Shown here: positions 21,901-29,367 of the stretch, one piece after another
How the letters are laid out: every line of letters begins with the position of its first letter
Position numbering within the stretch: position 1 is the first letter of the stretch
DNA from: Candidatus Woesearchaeota archaeon
Lineage (GTDB): Archaea; Nanobdellota; Nanobdellia; Woesearchaeales; ARS49
NCBI GenBank assembly: GCA_038891615.1
Contig: JAWADY010000001.1
Span: forward strand, 96,001 to 160,000
Reading direction: 5' to 3'
Length of the DNA stretch: 64,000 nucleotides
Translations under genes and position numbers: made by a program
The notes under the pieces: generated by a model
What the model was told of the DNA's origin: nothing
Seen by the model: only the letters and a program-made list of their open reading frames with translations
Database searches by the model: none

Positions 21901-22636
21901 TTGCTTTGCACCAATCAATCCCTGCAATAACATCAGAGCCTAAGCCAGAGCCTCCTGAATCAAGAACCTTTATTGCAACAATTTTTGCTCCTGGTGCAAC
22001 ACCTTTAATCGCCCCATTTGCAGCAACAATCCCAGCAACATGGGTTCCATGCCCATTATCATCCATTGGGTCATTGTCATTGTTTACAAAATCATATCCA
22101 GCAACAACCTTACATTCAGAACCAAAACATCCTCCAAGGTCTGTATGATTGTAATCAACTCCTGTATCTATTATGCAAATTGCTTGTCCAGCGCCAGTTA
22201 CATTTGTACCGTTAATTACAATTCCCCAAACATCATCCGCATTTATAAGAGGCACACTGTCTTGGAGAGCTATTCTGAAAGGTCTGTCGATATGTATTGA
22301 TCTAATTTTCGGATTTTGTTTTAGCTTTTCAAGTCCCTGCCTTGTTAGCTTACCCGAAAAACCAGGAAAAGAGGAATACTTATGCTTCAGCTTAAGGTCT
22401 AAGCCGCTAATCCCAAAAGTAGCATTTTCAAATTCATTAAACGCTTCTGTGCTAGCAATTGGCTCTTTTAACACCACAATAACATCTATCTCTTCAGCAC
22501 TCTGTAGTTCTGATAAAACCTCAGATTCTATGAACAGCTTTTCCTTTTTATCAATTCCTTCATGCCTACCAAATGCAGACAGCGTGGGCAAAAGGAAAAG
22601 AATAATTGTTGTAACAATGAGTAATCTCTTACTCAA
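18881..22636 (-). CDS. Membrane-anchored S8 (subtilisin-like) serine protease with long extracellular stalk
   Basis: Signal peptide, I9-like prodomain, catalytic IIDTG / HGTHVAG / GTSMATP, Asn/Thr-rich Ig-like stalk, two WSCSEWS.C repeats, C-terminal TM. Confidence 0.93.
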   Translation of the reverse strand: MSKRLLIVTTIILFLLPTLSAFGRHEGIDKKEKLFIESEVLSELQSAEEIDVIVVLKEPIASTEAFNEFENATFGISGLDLKLKHKYSSFPGFSGKLTRQGLEKLKQNPKIRSIHIDRPFRIALQDSVPLINADDVWGIVINGTNVTGAGQAICIIDTGVDYNHTDLGGCFGSECKVVAGYDFVNNDNDPMDDNGHGTHVAGIVAANGAIKGVAPGAKIVAIKVLDSGGSGLGSDVIAGIDWCKANASIYNITVISMSLASQTLFSNYCDSDPVASAANSAANTGIFVVAASGNDGSATSIASPACGSNVTSVAAATKADVIASFSNTNNITDLLAPGVSINSTSKGGGYTLKSGTSMATPHVSGAGALLRHYQKLYSNTSLTPREIEGLLKRTGIPITDSDNGLTFKRIDVFAAKNEVLFVNESESSAEKPGIGKITFSTQTNMSGASDAFIISNGSIFLDTNTYPAFNKPATIKMFGLNFTRTPAILKDGQACPLTICSIVSYSEGNLTFSVTGWTNYSTTTNSPPSWSGVNATFPPSPANYSENATYQFNISWFDDWFLDAVLFEHNFTGTFANYSPSGFVGNNTNRTYFYNYGPIAAGNYSWRSHANDTSGAMNSTETFEFVVLKSIPSLNITILPNTTVIFGTTTNVSCRGNAEQIAPQLARNGTNVGNPDTAQLAAGSYNYTCSFSGNANFTSATTIEAILTVSKASSEVNLTINSIDGNVSALTGQKLNITAILLTPSSGNIEVFSDGVLIANGSSPQSILKSYGTPGIVNVTARYHETENHTTSFETHFINISLDETPPNITSVNAKPRSVIVGRNVTINMTATDNVEIDKMIALIAWPNSTITAHSLPTQFTPVIIGRHNVTFITNDTTGNNATSSDFFISAEPFNFTLNVTAPNITDFRANITIFYPGSEEALVRENFSNNMTIEHPLGVYDLQISNQNGSIVLRLNGVNLSESTNKSVGLDSLPSPVSGYIVSYGVDSGGINFTNATLKLSYANTTFSLESALRLYVCENWAFASRTCLGSFSLVENPNQNTTGDYFEINRTSFSGFSIAEATESSPPTPSGGGGRGSRRGGGGIITTCVENWSCSEWSECIPNATLGSGIASRKCIDLNRCGTTKNKPTENINCTPCFNNWSCSEWSVCVAANGKGKQTRTCNATENANCLPPKEHKPEEERECTVEKKEIIAEKVIVQEKEVGITNKLFRLLVVVVIVAALAIIYKLLTPKLEEKVKNERKDEKPAVV

Positions 22637-22728
22637 AACAATCGCCCCCTTTTAATTTGGCAAACACTTTCTTTCGGTATTTAAAACTTTTTATGTGTCA
22701 GTTCTCTTTTTAAGTCTCAGCAAGTAGC

Positions 22729-23607
22729 TCATTTCAACTTACTAAGCGCAGATTTAAGCGCAACAATAGCAACTTTGCGCTGCTGCAAATCTGGCTCTTT
22801 CGTTGTTATTTTCTGTATCCACATGCCTGGTGCTGCAAAGGCTTTCATCAATGGCATATCAATTCTTTGCGCGCTTATTTTAAGGAGTTCGTAAGAAAGA
22901 CCTGCAATGACTGGTAGAAGAATAATTCTTGTTGCAATGTTCAGAAAGGCTGCTTGAGCTTTTATAACAGAAAAAACAACTATGCTTAAGAGGAGAACGA
23001 GCGCAACAAAACTTGTTCCGCAGCGAGGATGCTCTTTTGAAAATTTTTTGATTATTTTTGCATTAATGGCAGTAGTCTTGTATCCTGCTTCATAGCAGGC
23101 TATTGCTTTGTGTTCCGCACCATGGTATTGAAACACCCGTTTGATGTTTGGAAAAAATCCTAAAGCAAAGACATATCCTACAAAAATTGCTGCTCTGAAG
23201 AGCCCATCCACAAGATTGAAAACAATTCCTCTTGTGGCGATGAACGCTTTTGAAAGATAAAAAGGCACAACGACAAAAAGTCCTATGGTAAACGCAAGTG
23301 AGGTGAGCAAGGTTATTACAAGGCTTGTTGTTCCTATTTTTTCAGATTTATCAAGCTGTTGGTCAGCGCTCCAATTAAGCGCCTTCAGTCCGATGAAGAG
23401 TGTCTCAATAAGCACGGCAAAACCTCGCAAAAGCGGAAACTTGAAAATTCCTTTTTGAATCCAAGGCACATGTTTCCAACACTTCACAACGATTTTCTTG
23501 TTCGGCTTGTGCGCAGCAACAGCAATTATGTTACCAGCCCTTATAAGAACCCCTTCTATCAATGCTTGGCCACCAATCTGAATTTGTTTATTAGCTCTTT
23601 TCTTCAT
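22729..23607 (-). CDS. DUF1385 family membrane protein
   Basis: IGGQALIEGV, FQYHGAEHK, HPRCGTSF, Q.ITTKEP. Confidence 0.9.
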   Translation of the reverse strand: MKKRANKQIQIGGQALIEGVLIRAGNIIAVAAHKPNKKIVVKCWKHVPWIQKGIFKFPLLRGFAVLIETLFIGLKALNWSADQQLDKSEKIGTTSLVITLLTSLAFTIGLFVVVPFYLSKAFIATRGIVFNLVDGLFRAAIFVGYVFALGFFPNIKRVFQYHGAEHKAIACYEAGYKTTAINAKIIKKFSKEHPRCGTSFVALVLLLSIVVFSVIKAQAAFLNIATRIILLPVIAGLSYELLKISAQRIDMPLMKAFAAPGMWIQKITTKEPDLQQRKVAIVALKSALSKLK

Positions 23608-23609
23608 GG

Positions 23610-24263
23610 TTATACCTCAATGCTTTCTCCTTCTGCCATGACAATCACTTTTGTTTCAAGCCTTGCTTCCACGAGCTCTTTGAAGCGTTCAGCATCATCG
23701 ATTGTCCCTTCAAGCTTGCCCCAGTGCGATGGAATTGCGATTGATGGTTTAATTAGTTCTGTGGCTCTTGCCGCTTCGATTGCAGACATTGTATAAGTTC
23801 CACCAATGGGAAATATTGCAAGATCTATCTTTCCTAGGGCTTGCATTTCAGGAATGACCTCAGTGTCTGATGCGTAATAAATCCTTTTGTTTTCAAGTTC
23901 TAACACAAAACCAACTACAAATCCAGCTAGCCGGTGTGATGGCCTTCTCGGTGTGTATGCTGGAATAGCTTTCACAACAACCCAACCAAGTGATATTTCC
24001 TGCCCAGCAACAAGCTGCATACAGCCGTCTATTTCAGCAGCCGCTTCACGAGTGCCATAAATGGTTGTGTTGTCCAATCTTATCTTGTTAATTGTTTCAA
24101 TGCTTGCATGGTCTGGATGCCAATGAGAGATAAGGACAAGTTCAGCAGGTTCTAATCGCGACCAAAGTCCTGCATGCGGTTCAACGTAAGGGTCTATGTA
24201 AATCCTTTTTCCATCCTTTGTCTTGATTTTGAAAGTGGCATGACCAAGCCAGGTTAGCATCAT
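23610..24263 (-). CDS. MBL-fold metallo-hydrolase (UPF0173-like)
   Basis: WLGHATF, IDPY, SHWHPDH, PIGGTYTM, AIPSHWG. Confidence 0.9.
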   Translation of the reverse strand: MMLTWLGHATFKIKTKDGKRIYIDPYVEPHAGLWSRLEPAELVLISHWHPDHASIETINKIRLDNTTIYGTREAAAEIDGCMQLVAGQEISLGWVVVKAIPAYTPRRPSHRLAGFVVGFVLELENKRIYYASDTEVIPEMQALGKIDLAIFPIGGTYTMSAIEAARATELIKPSIAIPSHWGKLEGTIDDAERFKELVEARLETKVIVMAEGESIEV

Positions 24264-24368
24264 TTTGGCATAAATGTTGTGCGGCGTTTATAAATTGAGC
24301 GGTAGTCCCACAAATGCATTTAGTGTAGACAAAGATTTATAAAAAGGGTTTCCACATTTTTAATTCTC

Positions 24369-25730
24369 ATGGTCCTAGAAAAACTCGGGAACTCACTCAA
24401 AGAAACACTAAAAAAGATTGCAGGAGCACTTTTTGTAGATGAAAGACTAGTCGATGAACTTGTAAAGGACATTCAGCGTGCTTTACTTGCAGGTGATGTT
24501 AATGTCAAACTTGTTTTTGAACTTACTCAAAGAATTAGACAAAAGGCATTAAAGGAATCTCTTCCAAAAGGTCTCACAAAAAAGGAACAACTGATAAACA
24601 TAGTTTATGAAGAACTCGTAGCCCTTCTTGGTGGCGAAAAAGCAGAGCTTTCAATCAAGCCAGCCGGTCAAACAAGAATTATGATGATAGGGCTCTTTGG
24701 TTCAGGGAAGACAACAAGCATTGGCAAACTTGCAAAATGGCTTTCTAAAAGAGGTCATCGCGTCGCAACAGTTGGTCTTGATGTTCATAGGCCCGCGGCA
24801 CCAGAACAACTCGAGCAGGTCTCGAGACAAGCAGGTGTGGCTTGTTTTGTTGACAAAAAAGAAAAAGATCCCTTGAAAATATGGGAGCTTTATGAAAAAA
24901 AGCTAATGGATTATGACGTTGTAATCATAGATACCGCAGGCAGGGATGCACTTAGCACAGAACTCATTGAGGAACTTAAACAGGTTGCAAAACGTATTCT
25001 GCCTGATGAGACATTACTAGTCATTTCTGCAGACATAGGGCAAGCAGCACTTGCACAGGCACAGGCATTCAAGGAAGCTTGTGGTGTTACTGGTGTGCTG
25101 CTGACAAAAATGGATGGAACTGCAAAAGGTGGGGGTGCCCTTGCCGCATGTTCGGTGACAGGTGCCCCTATAAAGTTCATAGGCGTTGGCGAGAAGCTCG
25201 ATGACCTTGAGTCATTCAATCCAAAGGGTTTTGTTGGAAGGCTGCTTGGAATGGGCGACATAGAAGCTTTGCTTGAAAAAGCAAAAGAAGCCGTGACAGA
25301 AAAGGAAGCAATTGAAATGGAAGCAAAGTTTCTAAAGGGTGAATTCACTCTTATGGACCTTTACAATCAAATGCAAATGATGTCAAGAATGGGGCCGCTT
25401 GCCAAGATAACTGAACTAATCCCAGGATTTGGTGGCTTGCAGCTTCCAACAGAGGTACTTTCTATTCAGGAAGAAAAACTCAAAAAGTGGCGTCATGCAA
25501 TGGATTCTATGACAAAAGAGGAGCTTGAAAATCCAGAAATTATAGATGTTAAGAGGATTGCACGCATAAGCAAGGGCTCTGGTGTTTCCCCAACTGAAAT
25601 TCGTGACCTCATTAAGCAGTTCAAAAAAGCACAGAAAATTATGAAGGTAATGAAAGGTGCAAAAAGCCCAGAAGAGGTCGTAAAGAAACTTTCAAAGAAA
25701 GGGCCTATGGTAAAGTTTAAGGGCAAATGA
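24369..25730 (+). CDS. srp54: Signal recognition particle protein SRP54
   Basis: GLFGSGKTT, DVHRPAA, DTAGR, TKMDGTAKGGGAL, M domain RIARISKGSG. Confidence 0.97.
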   Translation: MVLEKLGNSLKETLKKIAGALFVDERLVDELVKDIQRALLAGDVNVKLVFELTQRIRQKALKESLPKGLTKKEQLINIVYEELVALLGGEKAELSIKPAGQTRIMMIGLFGSGKTTSIGKLAKWLSKRGHRVATVGLDVHRPAAPEQLEQVSRQAGVACFVDKKEKDPLKIWELYEKKLMDYDVVIIDTAGRDALSTELIEELKQVAKRILPDETLLVISADIGQAALAQAQAFKEACGVTGVLLTKMDGTAKGGGALAACSVTGAPIKFIGVGEKLDDLESFNPKGFVGRLLGMGDIEALLEKAKEAVTEKEAIEMEAKFLKGEFTLMDLYNQMQMMSRMGPLAKITELIPGFGGLQLPTEVLSIQEEKLKKWRHAMDSMTKEELENPEIIDVKRIARISKGSGVSPTEIRDLIKQFKKAQKIMKVMKGAKSPEEVVKKLSKKGPMVKFKGK

Positions 25731-25739
25731 CTGCTCGCG

Positions 25740-26240
25740 CTAAAACCGTTTTGTGTAAAAGTGACAATATGGCTTTTTTCCACTTCTTTTATAATAATTC
25801 TGGTGATAATCCTCTGCTGGCCAGAAGGTTTTTGCCTTTCTCAATCGAGTAGCAATTCTGTAGCCTTTGCTTTTTAGAATTGCTATAAGTTTTTTGGAAA
25901 CTTGTTTTTGTTTTTCATTCACATAAAAAATCGCTGATTGGTATTGCTCACCAATGTCAGGTCCCTGGCGATTTACTTGAGTCGGGTCGTGGATTTCAAA
26001 AAAGAATTTGGCAAGCCCTTCAAAATTAGTTTTAGACCTGTCATAGCTTACTTCAACAGTTTCCAGATGGCCTGTCTTGCCAGAACAAACATCTTCATAT
26101 GTTGGATTATCCTTGTGGCCTCCCATATATCCAACTCTTGTTGAAATAACTCCTTTATAGCTTTTTAAAAGGTACTCAAGACCCCAAAAACAGCCTCCGG
26201 CAAAATATGCGATTTCTGTTTTTGTACTTTCTTTTTGCAT
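25740..26240 (-). CDS. msrA: Peptide-methionine (S)-S-oxide reductase
   Basis: FAGGCFWG, GYMGG, TGHLE, HDPTQ, AEDYHQ.Y. Confidence 0.95.
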   Translation of the reverse strand: MQKESTKTEIAYFAGGCFWGLEYLLKSYKGVISTRVGYMGGHKDNPTYEDVCSGKTGHLETVEVSYDRSKTNFEGLAKFFFEIHDPTQVNRQGPDIGEQYQSAIFYVNEKQKQVSKKLIAILKSKGYRIATRLRKAKTFWPAEDYHQNYYKRSGKKPYCHFYTKRF

Positions 26241-26243
26241 TTT

Positions 26244-26981
26244 TTAATGAATTGCCAAGGTTAAATTAGCTGTGTGCGCCGACCCAACCACACTTTTATC
26301 AGAAAGCATAAACTTTTTGAAAACGATGTGACCTGATAGCTCATCTTCCATACACTTTTCCATTTCCAGAATGTCAATTTTTTTTGCAAACAATGGCGAA
26401 TCAAGACAAAAGGTATCAGCATAACCTCCTTCAAAACCTATGTGAAAACCATATTTGTGTGCATCTCTTAAAAGCGCTGCAAAGTTTTCTTTTGTGACGA
26501 TACTCCCAAGCCATTTGCCAAGACCCTCGCTGGCCACCTGCGTTATCATAAAAACATAGCCTTTATCTAACATTTCTTTCATTAGTTCACCATGTTCACG
26601 GCCTTCATGAGCTGCAAACACAGAAATACCAAGTGGCTGGAGAGCTTTTTGAATACTTCTTAATTGTGTTAGTTGTAAGCCTGTTCCGCCAAGGACTAAC
26701 GCTTCAATTTTTTCTTTTTTTTGCATGCTTTCAACAATTTCTCGCACAAGTTTTGCTTCAGCTGTCGGATCCGCAACATCGCAGGTTGTCAAGATATGCC
26801 TTAACCCCATCAGCTTTGCCTGCAATGGTGTATGTTCGACTGTTGCATAATGGAAAAGATAGCAATCTTTTCTTGTAGGCTTGACAGAAAGAAGATAAGC
26901 TATTTTCCACCCTTTCTCAAGGCACGACTCAATGGCATAGCTACTGTCTTTTCCACCCGAAAACAGAATAGCAACTTTCAT
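26244..26981 (-). CDS. Diphthine--ammonia ligase (Dph6-like PP-loop ATPase)
   Basis: ILFSGGKDS, YLFH, GWLG-like, FEGG..DTF.LDSPLF. Confidence 0.88.
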   Translation of the reverse strand: MKVAILFSGGKDSSYAIESCLEKGWKIAYLLSVKPTRKDCYLFHYATVEHTPLQAKLMGLRHILTTCDVADPTAEAKLVREIVESMQKKEKIEALVLGGTGLQLTQLRSIQKALQPLGISVFAAHEGREHGELMKEMLDKGYVFMITQVASEGLGKWLGSIVTKENFAALLRDAHKYGFHIGFEGGYADTFCLDSPLFAKKIDILEMEKCMEDELSGHIVFKKFMLSDKSVVGSAHTANLTLAIH

Positions 26982-27053
26982 GGAAAAATGGTCAAAGGGC
27001 TTATTTATAAATTTATCTCCAGCAGCGCACACAACTTCACCTTGCAACCCACC

Positions 27054-27452
27054 CTAACCCTTTGAAGGATCGATTATGAATCCGCGCTTTAGTATGTTCT
27101 GTCCGATAAGAATTCCATACTTCATGTGACTTCTCTTTGCAACAGTAAAATCAGCAACAATAATCCTGTGGCCAATCTTTACCTTTGCAACAACGACATC
27201 TCTTTTGGCAATGCCATGTGTTGTCCTGACTACGGCAGTCCTTACTACTGGTCCAAGGCCAAGCTCTCTAGCGAGCATTGCATCTATTGAACTTTTTGTT
27301 GCTCCAGTGTCAATCTTTGCTGTGACAGTTTTGTTTTTCCACAGACCAAATACAACAACCCGCTCTGTCAAACCTAATCTTGTTTTTCTCGAAAATCTTT
27401 TTGCAAGAAGTTTGAGTAGTGCGACTGGTAGACGCCTTATATTGCGAAGCAT
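27054..27452 (-). CDS. RimK-associated retropepsin-like protease
   Basis: AKIDTGATKSSID, RSHMKY.ILIG.N.L..FIIDPS. Confidence 0.85.
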   Translation of the reverse strand: MLRNIRRLPVALLKLLAKRFSRKTRLGLTERVVVFGLWKNKTVTAKIDTGATKSSIDAMLARELGLGPVVRTAVVRTTHGIAKRDVVVAKVKIGHRIIVADFTVAKRSHMKYGILIGQNILKRGFIIDPSKG

Positions 27453-27453
27453 T

Positions 27454-28950
27454 TTAAGTCATTGCTTTCGTGTCTTTTTCAATCCTTTTCATAAATGGGA
27501 AGAAGATTACATCACGAATGCTTGGCTGGTTTGTAAGCAGCATGACAAGCCTGTCAATTCCTATTCCAACACCACCTGTCGGTGGCATTCCATATTCTAG
27601 GGCACGTATGAAGTCTTCATCCATTGGATGTGCTTCTTTAAAGCCAGCACGAAGCTGTTTTGCCTGGGCTTCAAGAAGCGCTCTTTGAAGTAGTGGGTCA
27701 TTAAGTTCTGAATATGCATTTGCAATCTCCATTCCTGCAATGAAAAGTTCAAAGCGTTCAACAAATTCATCTGGATTAATGCGTGAAGGTTTGCAAAGCG
27801 GTGTCGTTTCTTTTGGATGCTCAATAATGAAAACCGGCTGGATCAGCTTTCCTGTAACCTCTTTCTCAAAAAGCGCTTGTATAACCTTTCCGCGTGTTAT
27901 ATCACCAGAGATTTCAAGATTGAAAGTTCTCCTTAGGTCAAAAAGCTCTTCATCAGGAAGCCTTGTGACATCTATATCTGCATGTTTTCTTATAGCATCG
28001 ACCATTGAAAGCTTTTGCCATGAGCCTTTTAGGTCTATCATGTTGCCCCTGTATTCAATTTTTGTGGTTCCGTAAAGCTTTTTTGCAGCATTTGATATTA
28101 GTCCTTCGGTTAATCCCATTATGTCATTGAAATCGGCATAAGCCTGGTAGATTTCTACTTGTGTAAACTCAGGATTATGGGTTCTATCGATGTCTTCGTT
28201 TCTGAAGTCCCGGGCAAATTCATAAACGCGGTCAATTCCACCTACGATGAGCCTCTTGAGATAAAGTTCATTGCTTATTCTTAGATAAACGTCCATTTTA
28301 AGAGCATTAAGAAATGTTTTGAATGGTCTAGCATTTGCACCGCCATAGATCGGCTGAAGGCAAGGAGTGTCAACCTCCAGAAAACCTTTTGAGTTCAGAA
28401 AATCCCGGATAGAATCGATTATCTTCGTCCTTTTTACAAACACCTCCCGAACCTCAGGATTCATTATCAAGTCAAGATACCTTTGCCTATACCTTGCCTC
28501 AATATCTTTCAGCCCGTGCCATTTTTCAGGAAGGGGACGAATGGCTTTTGCAAGCAAGTCAAATGCAGAAACAAGTACGGTGACCTCGCCTGATTTTGTT
28601 TTAAATACTGTACCTTTTGCGCCAATCCAGTCTCCAATGTCAAGAAGTTTTAGAACTTGATACTTTTCCGCACCAAGTTTGTCTTCTTTAAAGTAAAGCT
28701 GTATCCTTCCAGAGCCGTCGTCAATGTGACCAAAAGTCGCCTTCCCCATTCTGCGCATTGACATAAACCTTCCTGCGACACAGACCTTGTCCTCAGTCAC
28801 TTCATCTGGCTTTAGTTTTGAATACTTCTCCAAAAGTATTTTGGCTTTATGTGTTGGCTCGTACTTGTATGGGTAAGGTTCGATTCCAAGCTTTCTGATT
28901 TCATCAAGCTTTCTCAACCTCTCTTTTATTAGTTCCTCTTCGTTTGGCAT
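27454..28950 (-). CDS. lysS: Lysine--tRNA ligase, class II
   Basis: RMGKATF, PLPEKWHGL, RYRQRYLDL, FRNEDID.THNPEFT, ERFELF, NAYSELND, GMPPTGG.GIGIDRL. Confidence 0.97.
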   Translation of the reverse strand: MPNEEELIKERLRKLDEIRKLGIEPYPYKYEPTHKAKILLEKYSKLKPDEVTEDKVCVAGRFMSMRRMGKATFGHIDDGSGRIQLYFKEDKLGAEKYQVLKLLDIGDWIGAKGTVFKTKSGEVTVLVSAFDLLAKAIRPLPEKWHGLKDIEARYRQRYLDLIMNPEVREVFVKRTKIIDSIRDFLNSKGFLEVDTPCLQPIYGGANARPFKTFLNALKMDVYLRISNELYLKRLIVGGIDRVYEFARDFRNEDIDRTHNPEFTQVEIYQAYADFNDIMGLTEGLISNAAKKLYGTTKIEYRGNMIDLKGSWQKLSMVDAIRKHADIDVTRLPDEELFDLRRTFNLEISGDITRGKVIQALFEKEVTGKLIQPVFIIEHPKETTPLCKPSRINPDEFVERFELFIAGMEIANAYSELNDPLLQRALLEAQAKQLRAGFKEAHPMDEDFIRALEYGMPPTGGVGIGIDRLVMLLTNQPSIRDVIFFPFMKRIEKDTKAMT

Positions 28951-29076
28951 TCTTCAATCAAGCCTCACCTTCTTTATAAAGTTTTTTGCAAATAATTCGT
29001 TTACTAAAATTCAGAAAAATTTAAAAAGGACTACTCTTTCTCATTCAAAATTCATATTTAAGGGGGTGAAAAAGCA

Positions 29077-29211
29077 ATGGGATGGGAAGGTTGGCTCGCA
29101 GCCTTAGGAGGCGTGCTTGCTATACTTGGCCAACTGATAACACAGTCTTGGCTTATCTGGGTTGGTGGTATTGCAGCAGTCATATTTGGGATTTGGGCTG
29201 CAGCTAAATAA
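29077..29211 (+). CDS. Small 44-aa two-helix membrane protein (not in the ORF track)
   Basis: GGGGGTGA RBS; MGWEGWLAALGGVLAILGQLITQSWLIWVGGIAAVIFGIWAAAK*; upstream TATA-like AAATTTAAAA and a downstream T-run. Confidence 0.75.
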   Translation: MGWEGWLAALGGVLAILGQLITQSWLIWVGGIAAVIFGIWAAAK

Positions 29212-29367
29212 TCTTTAATCTTATAATTTAATTTTATTTTTTTTTATTTTAGAGCAAAAATTTGGCTATTTTTCCCTTTAAACAAAAAATTTATAAAGCC
29301 TGAACACAGTTGTGACTGTTTGATAGTTATGGGGCGGGGGGTGCCTGTGTGGCTTTTGAATTGAAAG

